A stretch of DNA of 63,264 nt, the filler included, from Basidiobolus ranarum (Eukaryota), in NCBI GenBank assembly GCA_040143965.1. It is 57 parts of 57 records of this genome, joined end to end, with 100 filler letters (N's around TTAATTAATTAA, not from the genome) between each part and the next. Parts side by side here need not be neighbours in the genome. Positions count along the whole stretch, not along the records: positions 50,101 to 51,107 come from JASJQH010013721.1; positions 51,208 to 52,213 come from JASJQH010013722.1; positions 52,314 to 53,319 come from JASJQH010013723.1; positions 53,420 to 54,425 come from JASJQH010013724.1; positions 54,526 to 55,531 come from JASJQH010013725.1; positions 55,632 to 56,636 come from JASJQH010013726.1; positions 56,737 to 57,741 come from JASJQH010013727.1; positions 57,842 to 58,846 come from JASJQH010013728.1; 49 more parts are not named here. One strand, written 5' to 3'. This document shows positions 51,002 through 62,260 of this stretch, piece after piece (the first letter of the stretch is position 1; every line of letters starts with the position of its first letter). A model generated the notes under the pieces. It had not been told where the DNA came from and ran no database searches. It saw nothing but the letters and a program-made list of their open reading frames with translations. The translations under genes were made by a program, and so were the position numbers.

Positions 51002-51339
51002 TGAAATTTTCAGATGGTAAACTTGGTGTAATAAAATTGCTTAGAAACAGCTTATAATAAGCCAAAATTGCCATCCATTACCAGAAATATCTTGTAAATC
51101 CCCTGATNNNNNNNNNNNNNNNNNNNNNNNNNNNNNNNNNNNNNNNNNNNNTTAATTAATTAANNNNNNNNNNNNNNNNNNNNNNNNNNNNNNNNNNNNN
51201 NNNNNNNTTAGTGAATATAAGCACAATGCTGAATAAGAATTACAAGAAGGTGTTGGATAATTAATCTTTATTCAACATCATAGTTAACTTTTGTTATGAT
51301 ACATACATCAGAAACAGAAAGCAACATATCAATAGTCCC

Positions 51340-52213
51340 TATATTCTAAATAGGAATATCTCTATATCTATATAACAAGTATGTCTTATTACCCCCACTT
51401 ATCTATTATATCTTATTACACAAACTCCTGAACATCTCAAACAATTGATTTATTTTTCTACTATATAAGTCACCATATACTCTTAAGAATAGAGTAACTA
51501 AAACACACTATCATAAGTTGCTTTGAATACACAAAGTCTACCCCTATTATGTCAAGATTCTCTAACTGGAAAACACTAACCAAACAAGTTTTGCTGCCAA
51601 AGGATGTTTCTAAGAAGACAATTCTACAACTTAAAGATGAAGCCAGGAGAAGACATTAAATTACTAATTAACAGAGTCACTATCTTAGTGGATGAAATGC
51701 AATATATTGGATTACCTACTACTGATCAAGATGTCATAGTTACAGTCCTGAATAGCCTGCCACACAAGTTTCAGAGCCTAGTAATGGCTTTAGAATCAAG
51801 AACTGAAAATTTGACCTTGAATTATGTATTTGGTAGACTTCTGGATGAAGATTTATGCAAATCAGGATCTAATCAAAAGAATGAAGAAAATTCTTTGATA
51901 AGCTATTGGAAACCTTCCTATAAAGGTTAAAAGTACTTTAAGAAGAAAAGTAAAACAATCTGTGAATACTGTAAAAGAACTGGCCATTTAAGCAAAGATG
52001 GTGTTAAAAGAATCGCAAAAGAAGAAAAACATACTGAATCTGGAAATGAGGTTATTGCAGCAAATCACTTGTTCATATCTGCTATATTTATGACTACCAA
52101 CAAGGATTCTCAGATGTGGTATATTAATTCTGGAGCTTCCCAGCATTTCACAAATGAAAGACATTGGTTTGTGGATTATGAAGAAATCCCAATTAGAAAG
52201 GTTTTCTTGGGAG
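51340..52213 (+). mobile_element. LTR-C fragment followed by copia gag, zinc knuckle and protease start
   Basis: LNSLP..F..LV.ALE; CEYCKRTGH; WYINSGASQHF. Confidence 0.85.
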
Positions 52214-52410
52214 NNNNNNNNNNNNNNNNNNNNNNNNNNNNNNNNNNNNNNNNNNNNTTAATTAATTAANNNNNNNNNNNNNNNNNNNNNNNNNNNNNNN
52301 NNNNNNNNNNNNNCATGCTTATTTATACGCCCTAACCCTAAATTCTATGTATTATTAGAATAATAATCATTATCAATGGGATATATACAGAAGTCACAGT
52401 TGGAGAATGT

Positions 52411-53319
52411 CTAATTTACATGTTCCCGATTGCCCATAGTTACTTTGGCGATATCGCCATTCAACTCTTGCAGCTCTTTAACGTAACGTATGCTCCAAAT
52501 AATAGGAACTTCCATTCCATAAGTTGATCAATTAGATGCTCAACACAAACGCAGTGTGTAACCAGAAGTAACGATAGATTAAAAAAGTTGGTAGCATGGT
52601 GATGATGGCATAAAGGAGCTGGATACCCATGAAAGTATACACTTTATATCTCTCCCCAAATACCATAGATATTTGTCTTATTGAGGAGCCTTTGTCTTCC
52701 AACTACCAAGTGACTGATGTGGCCCTCTTCCCTTGAAATCCTTTTTCTTTTTCAATCGGAATAAATACATAGTAGAATGCCTGCCTGGTAATATAGAAGA
52801 ACCCAGAAATCCACATGGCATTGACGAATTCAATATTGTCGGGTATATTGTTGGTATTCTGTTGGTTAGCAAAAGATCTGTAACGTGTCATTCTCTTTGC
52901 ACGGGCAGGTACTAGCCGTCGAACAGTGTAAAGAGCTAAAGGTGGCCTAAGATGAATAAATGAGGACGTTACTTTATCCAGAGCATGGAACACCGTCAAG
53001 TTGTGCCAAGTCACAACTGCCCATATTAGTCGTCCATGGTCCAAATAGAAGGCCGCACTAAAGATGGATTTACTCGTTGGGAAGGCCCAGAGATAAAGAG
53101 CAACCAATAAATTAAAATAATTGCACAGATCAAACACAAAGTAGTGCCATGATTTTGACTTTACTAAAGTGACAGTCCCAAACGTATACCATTCTGGTAT
53201 CCAGGCTGGTGCTCTTCCAAGTAGATAAGCAGCAGCAAATATATTTCTTACACCCACCACAAAAGCGATTTGTTCTTTTAATCTAACCACGTTTTGCTCT
53301 TGCCACTTCCGCATCATCT
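52411..53319 (-). pseudogene. GPC1: Glycerophosphocholine acyltransferase (Gpc1/DUF2838) pseudogene, intronless
   Basis: WHYFVFDLC..VFHALDKVTS.FIH.PP..WNG.SYY motifs. In-frame stops at 52703-52705 and 52532-52534, plus a frameshift near the 3' end. Confidence 0.78.
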
Positions 53320-53762
53320 NNNNNNNNNNNNNNNNNNNNNNNNNNNNNNNNNNNNNNNNNNNNTTAATTAATTAANNNNNNNNNNNNNNNNNNNNNNNNN
53401 NNNNNNNNNNNNNNNNNNNGGACAGCCAGTGGACTCAGTGGGCAAAGCCAAAGTCAAATTAGTGCACTTATTACTGTTGTTATACACCTGCTTTGTGCAG
53501 CTGGTGGCTTTGTACATAGACTGTGCTGCAACTACTTTCTATGAAGCCTCAGGCCTTCATAGCACAAGAATTTTTTACAATAATAGCAGGGCTTTGTTAA
53601 ATTTTTATGTTGCAGCAGGAGAAGGATACCTTTGAAAACAAATCATCTCTTATGTAAGGCTGGTATCTAAGGTATAGCTCATCAATATCAGCAGCTGAAG
53701 TTTAGATGGTGTCACAGATGAGTCATCAGGGGATTTATAAGATCTTTCCGGTAATAGATGGC

Positions 53763-54425
53763 CTATATTCCAAATATAAATATCTCTATATCCATATCAC
53801 AAGTGTCTTATTATCTTACTTATTTATTTTATTGTATTACACTAGCATCTTAGGCAATTGTGTTACATTTCTACCATAAAAGTCACTTTACACTCTGTAG
53901 ATTAAAGTGGCTAAAACTTAAGTTGCTTCTAATATACAAAGTCTACCCCCATTATGTCAAGAACCTCTAACATGGCAGCAGTGAATAAATTAGTGTCTTC
54001 TTTCCAAAGAGTGATTACTAATATTGAAACATTTAATGGGCCAGATTTCTTTTGAATGGAAACTAAACATACAACTTGTGCTTGAAGGCAAAATGTCTGG
54101 GAGGTAGTTAAACCAGATGAAGTGGATGAAACTTCCAAAGAAGAAAGTACATGTTTTGACACCAAAACAAAGAAGCCTACATGTAAAGAAGCCAGGGCAA
54201 CATTCAAAGATAAAGACACAATGGCATTTAGGGTAATATGTCTAAAACTGGGATCACAGCAACTTGTGCTAGTCAGAGCTGCTGACTTGGCCAAGAATGC
54301 AAAGGAAATCCTATGGATCATAGCTTATCAGAAAGGAGCGTTGTGAAATGTTACAAATGTGGAATACTGGACCACATAGCACATTATAGCAGATCAAAGA
54401 AGAAATGGATTTCAAAGAAAAAGGA
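53763..54425 (+). mobile_element. Copia 5' LTR-C (to 53972), candidate PBS and gag (family 3)
   Basis: CTCTAACA|TGGCAGCAGTG, then IETFNGPDF..WK..LE..WEVV and a C..CG..H knuckle shared with 61270. Confidence 0.75.
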
Positions 54426-54525
54426 NNNNNNNNNNNNNNNNNNNNNNNNNNNNNNNNNNNNNNNNNNNNTTAATTAATTAANNNNNNNNNNNNNNNNNNN
54501 NNNNNNNNNNNNNNNNNNNNNNNNN

Positions 54526-55531
54526 CCCCTAAACACTTTTATCAGGTTATGAGTCCCAAGCTAGCTTTTCAAGGACTGTCTGTCAGTACTATTATCAATG
54601 TTTTTGCATTTACACAGAGTATGATGGGGAAGACTTTCACCTTTGGAAGTTCAAGACGTTGAAATTAGGTAAAGAGCCACTCATTGTTTGGTAGTTGGTA
54701 TATTCATATTATGATTATTTAATACTCATTTCTGTCAATCAAAAATGTGTGTTAATTGCTCTAATTGATAGAAATATTAACAATCACTTTTACCAATTTT
54801 GACTTTTTTCTCAAAACTTCTCCAAATCACCTCAAATTTTCACCCATGCTTAACAGGCATGTTTGTTATGATCTAAGCACATCCAATAGTCCAATTTTGT
54901 AGTAAACTATATATAGGACATATGCCACTCAATACAAAAATATAGATCATTGATCCAATACCAAAGTACTCACTGTAAAGCTGATGGTATTACCAATATA
55001 CCTGATGGATATCACTACCAGAATCTGAAAAGTCAAGGTTTCTTTGAGAACACATATGGTCATGCATTTGCATTGGCTCTGGATGGTTTCTCACTAAACA
55101 AATATACCGTTGGAAAGGCTTGCTGGCCAATAATTTGAATCAACTTAAATCTTCCTCCTTCTGAGCAGTATAAGAGTCATCAAGTTGTGATACTATCTAT
55201 CATATCTGGCCCTAAATCACCAGTGCTTATAGATAGCTTCTTGGAGCCTTTGATTGCGGAATTTAAATGGTTATCTAATGGGGTTCAGATGGGTGAATAG
55301 TTTATTAAAGCTAATATCATTGTATGTATTGGTGACACTCCTGCCATTAGTAAACTTGGAGGTTTTTGCAGGCACAATGCACTATCTTGCTGTAAATTTT
55401 GTCAAATCAATGGAGTTTACTCTAACAGGCATACACATTACTACTATCCAAATACAACACTAAACTTCATGATTTTACCATCAAGAGCCTGGTCAGATTT
55501 CAACATGATCACTGATATCAATTCACCAAAT
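54526..55531 (+). mobile_element. LTR-B end, PBS GGTTATGAGTCC and gag, interrupted by another LTR-B (54657), then CACTA transposase
   Basis: Direct matches to 2772-3260 and 35050-35592. Confidence 0.82.
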
Positions 55532-55631
55532 NNNNNNNNNNNNNNNNNNNNNNNNNNNNNNNNNNNNNNNNNNNNTTAATTAATTAANNNNNNNNNNNNN
55601 NNNNNNNNNNNNNNNNNNNNNNNNNNNNNNN

Positions 55632-56636
55632 AGTAATTTTTGTAGCTTTCACATGTCCTCAGGGTGCTCAGGATCCACAAAACCATCTGGTTGATCCATG
55701 AATATATCCTCTTCTAAGTTCTCATTCAAAAAAGCAGTTTTAACATTCATTTGATGGATTTTGAAGCTGTGTTTGTCTGCTACTGCTAGTATGGTTCTGA
55801 TGGAATTTCCAACCTGCAAAGTATCCAACTCATTATCAGCCCAAATCCTCAACACATCTATGAAGCCAATATCTATTGACAGTGTTGCTGAAGAGTGGAA
55901 ACCAACAATACCTATGATTCATATGCCTCAACTCAAATACTTGGCCTTTGCTAGTGTCTTTGATCAGAAGAAAGCTGATACACTCCCAGCTCACCACTCA
56001 TATGATTGCCATATTGATCTACAAGAAGGAACACAACCACCATTTGGGCCTACCTATGGGCTGACCCAGCCAGTACTCAACATTCCAAAACAGTACATTG
56101 CAGAAGATCTGGAGAAAGAAGTTATATAAAATTCAAAGTCCCCAGTAGGCTCTCCACTCTTATTTGTTAAGAAAAAGGATGGATCCCTCTGTCTCTGTTT
56201 TGATTATCAAGGCCTATGTAGCATTACAGTCAAAAATTGGCACTCCTTGCCATTACCCAAACAAAAATAAAATTAATTTGATCCATATTGGATCCACCAA
56301 TTGGAACTGCAAAACCATCCAAGAACAGTCACAATATTGGTGGCTTGCATTCTGCCAGGGATTTTGATGGTGTGCAGGCAGCTTCTTGATGGTATCTTGA
56401 GTATATTTATACATGTTGAAAGATTGATACTCATATTTAGCATGCTTTATTCATTTTCCAACAATTTTTTCAAAAATATATTTTTGAATGGCAAATTACT
56501 AGATTTACTGCTGTAGGAATTTGAATTGAGATGCATGCTTTCATTTAGTTATTTTTGGCTTTGTATTCCAGCCAGAATGAGTTAAAGAAATTCAAGAATC
56601 TTGTTGTGTTTAGTCTCTAAATAGGCACATACTTTA
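55632..56636. mobile_element. Copia RT fragment (-), chromovirus RT start (+, 55805-56255), CACTA terminus B (56256)
   Basis: [26 protein letters not shown]. Confidence 0.82.
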
Positions 56637-56736
56637 NNNNNNNNNNNNNNNNNNNNNNNNNNNNNNNNNNNNNNNNNNNNTTAATTAATTAANNNNNNNN
56701 NNNNNNNNNNNNNNNNNNNNNNNNNNNNNNNNNNNN

Positions 56737-57660
56737 TTTGAGGTTTGTGTTTGACTGTTGTGGCTTTTTCAAGCTCAGTAAGAGCTTCACAATCTCTCTC
56801 AAACATCAGTTGTCTTGGTCTCATGGGGGTACCTATTGTTATGGATTGCTGTCTTAATAGATTGCTCTTGGGTGTCAGATCTTCATCAAACCAAGTGAAA
56901 GGTTAAATAATTCTGGCAGTTGGCCTTTGTTGCAGTTGCAAGGCAGTACATGTCAAATTGGTATGTCTGTCTGGTGGCATGCTCCTTGGAGCTAACTTCT
57001 ATCCAGAGGTAAAAAGCTCACTGGTTGGTTTGGTTGAATCAGGTAAGTTGCATGCTATGATGCATGAGAATGTGGGCCATCCTCTTTCTGGTTCTTCATT
57101 GACTGCTTGCTCTTCATCAAAAACAGGAGAAACATCACAAAATCTTCCAAGCTGATGTTGCTGTCAATGTGTACTATTAGCTGATGAACCAACTGGTTGG
57201 GCTCTTACCCTTGTTGGGGTGTTACATCAGTTCCAGTAGTGAGTTCAGTACATTCTTCTTGTGAAATAGAGACCTTGTCAGGCATCTCTTCAATTTGGAA
57301 TTATCTAGTACATCTGTGCAATGGTCTAGACTTGTCCAATTTGCCTTTGGGAATATCTTCTGATTTAACAAATTGTCTGGCTTTTCTCTTTACACCTCTG
57401 CTTTTTACTCTTGCTACAGTGTGCTGAAATGTTGTTTTGACCTCTGCAACCTCCATCAACAGTTGCTGCAAAGTTGCATTGAGTACTGGTGGATAACTAT
57501 TAAAACATCTTTTGTCCCTAAAGTTGAGGCCCCAAAAATCTCTTTTGGTCCATAAAAGCAAAAATGCAATTGGAATTGTGTCTTTGAGGACTCAAAATTG
57601 AAACTCCTATTTCTCAATTCACACTTTCAATCCTCATGAGTTTTATTGTATATTTTTTAG
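56737..57660 (-). pseudogene. Family-X central part, decayed
   Basis: Bridges the copies at 1121-1620 and 18400-18705. Confidence 0.65.
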
Positions 57661-57841
57661 ACCAACTTCTAGTAAAACTCCTATTCTTTGGACATACAGC
57701 TGTAGCAACAGATTCTGCCCAAAAGTTATGAGACAAATTTTNNNNNNNNNNNNNNNNNNNNNNNNNNNNNNNNNNNNNNNNNNNNTTAATTAATTAANNN
57801 NNNNNNNNNNNNNNNNNNNNNNNNNNNNNNNNNNNNNNNNN

Positions 57842-58846
57842 ACTGGTTTAGAAAATGCTATATGTGCAGATATATTCCACCCTTTTTCTGAATTGAAACT
57901 ATTGATTTCATGCTCAGATTTGAGACATCCAAAGACCTTGGTAGAATGGTCAGATGTTTCACCTACAGGATATTTCTTATTTGCACTTGGTATGATTTCT
58001 GAGACCTGATTGCTTGAATTTTGTGATTGGTTGAATACTTGTTGTGATTGCTTGCATACTTCCAAAAATTGAATGTATCCAATATCAGCCAAATTGAGAG
58101 TAGGATATTTCTTGGGTATGTGATTGGTCAGAAAATTATTGCCTTGTTTCTGAGCCCAATTTCCGGATTCCTGATTGGCTGGAAAAGTGTACTTTTTATG
58201 ATTAAAGTATTTTACATTGGCAGAGATAATACACTGATTTCCAGCAGCTGAATCCAAATTATTAGTATCCTCAGAGTAATTATCAAGTTTTCTGGTATAA
58301 AATGGTGCATTTCCAGTGCTGCCTAATGTTGCACTACTTGTATAGCTGCTTGATTCCAGAATATCATATAATAGTTTGTTCTCCTTGGTTTCAGTACTTG
58401 CAGTAAAGTTTGAGACAGGATTATTGCTTGTTGGTTTTCTACTAGGAATATTCACCACAGCAATTGGTAATGATTTAAGCTTTGTCATATATTCATCAGT
58501 GGCTGATGTTTTAGACGTTGGCCCAGATGTGATATTTTCTAAATTTGGATAATGTTGATAGATTGTGTCAGATTCCAAATTTGGCCTAATTCCAGTATCT
58601 GTTTCCAATGTATCATTTTCCAAGTTTGTTTCAGTACTTGTTAGCTCAAGATTGGTTTTGGAACTTATTAACTCAGAATTTGAGTTATTGAGAAATTGGC
58701 ATTCAGCAAAATCAAATTCCCTTGATTAGAAGATTTGGGATTTTCTTCAAAGAATATAGTATCTCTGGAGTTGATGATTTGATCTGTGCCAGCAATTAGG
58801 AGATGGTAGCCTTTGTTCTGATATCCTGATAGGATACATTTAATTG
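57842..58846 (-). mobile_element. Copia family 3 integrase-RT linker region
   Basis: Colinear with 20820-21134 and 16776-17320; long low-complexity N/S/T linker. Confidence 0.78.
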
Positions 58847-58946
58847 NNNNNNNNNNNNNNNNNNNNNNNNNNNNNNNNNNNNNNNNNNNNTTAATTAATT
58901 AANNNNNNNNNNNNNNNNNNNNNNNNNNNNNNNNNNNNNNNNNNNN

Positions 58947-59951
58947 CAAAATCCCTGGCAGAATGCAAGCCAACAATATTGTGACGGTTCTCTGACGGTT
59001 TTGCTATTTTGGAGGGTGGATCCAATCCGGATCAAATCGATTTTATTTTTGTTAGGGAATTAAGATAGATAGAACTACCAAAACAATAACTTTAAACCAG
59101 TCTATGTATATCCTGGATATACTAAAGAAGTTTAAAATGGAAGAATGTAATCCAGTATCTATCCCAATGGAGACAAATCTTAACTTGACCAAAAATGGCT
59201 CAAATCAGATGTTCTTGGATTCAAATGAAAGCCAGAAATTTCCTTATCAATCTATGGTTGGTAGTTTGATGTATATCATGGTTGGAACATGGCCAGATAT
59301 TGCATATTCTGTGGGAGTTATGTACCAATATCTTCAAATTTATGGATCTGATCAAATCATAACAGTTATGCAGCTTTTCAGATATTTGAAAGGTACTGTG
59401 GATCTATGCTTAAAATACACATATTCTGGATCAAACTTTGATCTGATGGGATATTCAGATGCAAATTGGGGAAGAGATATTGAAGACAGGAGATCTACAA
59501 CAGGATACTTATTTCTTTGCTGTAATGGAGCTATTTCTTGGAATTCAAAGAAACAACCTACCGTAGCACTTTCAACAACAGAAGCTGAATACATGGCTGC
59601 CTGTGAAGCAACAAAAGAAGCAATATGGTTAAGAAAACTCTTAACAGATTTGGGTTATTCTCAAAATTCACCTACCACAATATTTCAAGATAATCAAAGT
59701 TGTATCCAATTAGCTAAAAATCCCACATTTCATAATAGAAGCAAACACATAGATCTTAAGCATCACTTCATTAGAGAGACTATAGAGAATAAGTTTATTG
59801 ACTTAACTTATTATTCTACAGAAGATAGGATTGCTGATATATGTTGGAGGATCTTGACATAATGGGGGTAGACTTTGAGTATTAGAAGCAACTTATGATA
59901 GTGTGTTTTAGTTACTTTATTCTTAAGAGTATATGGTGACTTATATAGTAG
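58947..59951 (+). mobile_element. CACTA terminus B (to 59057), copia RT/RNase H (59058-59841), LTR-C insertion (59842)
   Basis: ORF 59104-59862 is cut at IADI|TGTTGGAGG. Confidence 0.92.
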
Positions 59952-60051
59952 NNNNNNNNNNNNNNNNNNNNNNNNNNNNNNNNNNNNNNNNNNNNTTAAT
60001 TAATTAANNNNNNNNNNNNNNNNNNNNNNNNNNNNNNNNNNNNNNNNNNNN

Positions 60052-61056
60052 CAGACAACAGACAAGATGGGAGCTTATGGTTAACCATTACATCAGAAGA
60101 TAGAAAAAGAAGAACTACTTTCTGTGCAAGTGAAAGTAGTAACAAGAGAAACTCTGATGATATACCTTTAGTATCAAAAGAGCAAGAAAAAGAAGTACTC
60201 ACATATGGTACTTCTTCCCAAGATTCACACAGTCAACATTGCCTCACAAAGTACAAGCCTGTAGCACAGAAGATCAAGCCTGTAGCCACAAGATTACCTT
60301 CTGAAGAACACACAACTGAAATAAAGGAGAATTCAACATGCCTGGAGAAGCAACTTACTTCTGAGAGACTAGCAAACATTCATCTTGGTGATACTTTAAC
60401 TGTTGAAGAAAAGTCTTTATTCTTGAACATGCTAAAGAAGTATGACCATGTTTTTGCCTATACTGATGAAGAAAGAGGATGCCTATTGCCTGAATTCTTC
60501 CCACCTGTCAAGATGCACACTGTTGAACATACACCTTGGGCTCTAAAGACATATCCTATTCCTGCAAGATTGATGGAAAGGGTAGTTGAGATGCTCAAGT
60601 CAAGATTCAAAAGTGGAGTCATTGAATATAGCTATGGACCATACAGAAACCCTTGGTTCACTCCTTTAAAGAAGAATGGAAGTCTTAGATTTATTCAAGA
60701 TGTTCAACAACTGAACAAAGTCACAATCAAAGATGCCATGCAGCCGCCTGTTAGACATGAATACATAGAGTCTTTTGCAGGATATCCTCTGTTGACAACT
60801 ATTGACCTTTACTCTGGGTATGATCAACTACTGTTACATCCAGACTCAAGAGACTTTACTGCCATGGACACACCTATTGGACTCATCAGAATGACCAGAA
60901 TCCCCCAAGGTTGGACAAACTCAGTTCAAACATATCAAAGAGCAATGAACAGAGTTTTGGAAGACTTTATTCCTACAATATGTTGCCCTTTCCTTGATGA
61001 TATTGGAGTAAAGAGCCCATCTAGAAGCAAAGACACTACCATGATACAAGAAAATG
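60052..61056 (+). CDS. Ty3/gypsy RT of a non-chromovirus (Ylt1-like) lineage, partial
   Basis: YKPVAQKIKPV; IDLYSGYDQ..RMTRIPQGWTNS..FLDD. Confidence 0.9.
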
Positions 61057-61156
61057 NNNNNNNNNNNNNNNNNNNNNNNNNNNNNNNNNNNNNNNNNNNN
61101 TTAATTAATTAANNNNNNNNNNNNNNNNNNNNNNNNNNNNNNNNNNNNNNNNNNNN

Positions 61157-62160
61157 CATATATGTCAAGAAGAATTTAATAGGAAAGACAAAGGTCAGCT
61201 TGCAGAAGAAACAAAAGCTACACAAGCGTTTTATTCTCAAAATGGCCAACCAGAAAGGAGCACTGATAAATGTTATAAATGTGGAAAACTAGGACATATA
61301 GCATGTTTCTGCAGATCAAAGAAGAAATGAGTTTCAAAGCAAAAGGATGCATATAACACCGCTAAAAGAGGAAATGACTACTATGTACTTATGGCAACCT
61401 CTAAATTAGGAAATGACTCTGGTGATGTATGGATTCTAGATTCTGGTGCAAGTGATCATATGTGTCACAATAGAAAGATAATGCATGACTATAAGGAAAT
61501 AGAATCTGTGGGCATCACAGTAGCTGGAGGAAACAAATTGGTTGTATATGGAATGGGAAAGGTCACACTTGACATACAAATAAGTAAAACCAAAAGTGTA
61601 ATAGTAACATTGGAAGATGTCTTATATATTTCATTGTTTACAACATATCTGTTTTCAATTGGAGCAATTGTGAAGAAACATTATGATGTCAAATTCAGCC
61701 AAGGAAAAGCAACCATATACAAATCAAAGGACTGGAGAGTTGCAACTGGAACAAGAATTAGGAATCTATATCACCTGGATGTTGGACCAATAACTGGGAC
61801 TGTTTCTAACTTTGCAATAATTACTTCTGTAGACTTGATAACTTGGCATCAAAGCTTGGGCCATCTAACCTATAATAGCATGAAACTATCATATAAAAAT
61901 AGTATATGTACTGGAAAGGATCTTAAGCTCTCAGATATTACTAAATGTGAAAGCTGTATTCAAGGGAAAATCACCAGAAAACCATTTCCAAAAGAAGGAG
62001 CTAGCAAAGCCAGAGATTTATTGCATCTTATTCATACAGACTTATGTGGACCAATGCAAGCTCTGACACCAAGCAAGAAATGATACTTACTCATCTTTCT
62101 TGATGATAAATCTCACTTCACAATTTCATATCTTCTGTTGAGCAAAGGAGAAGTGTTTCA
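61157..62160 (+). mobile_element. Copia family 3 gag knuckle, protease and integrase start
   Basis: CYKCGKLGH; WILDSGASDHM; WH..LGH..CESC. Confidence 0.93.
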
Positions 62161-62260
62161 NNNNNNNNNNNNNNNNNNNNNNNNNNNNNNNNNNNNNNNN
62201 NNNNTTAATTAATTAANNNNNNNNNNNNNNNNNNNNNNNNNNNNNNNNNNNNNNNNNNNN

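Noticed and set aside
50583-51020. 145-aa plus-strand ORF and similar MINASSL ORFs (7855, 44868)
   Set aside because: These are antisense shadows of family Y.
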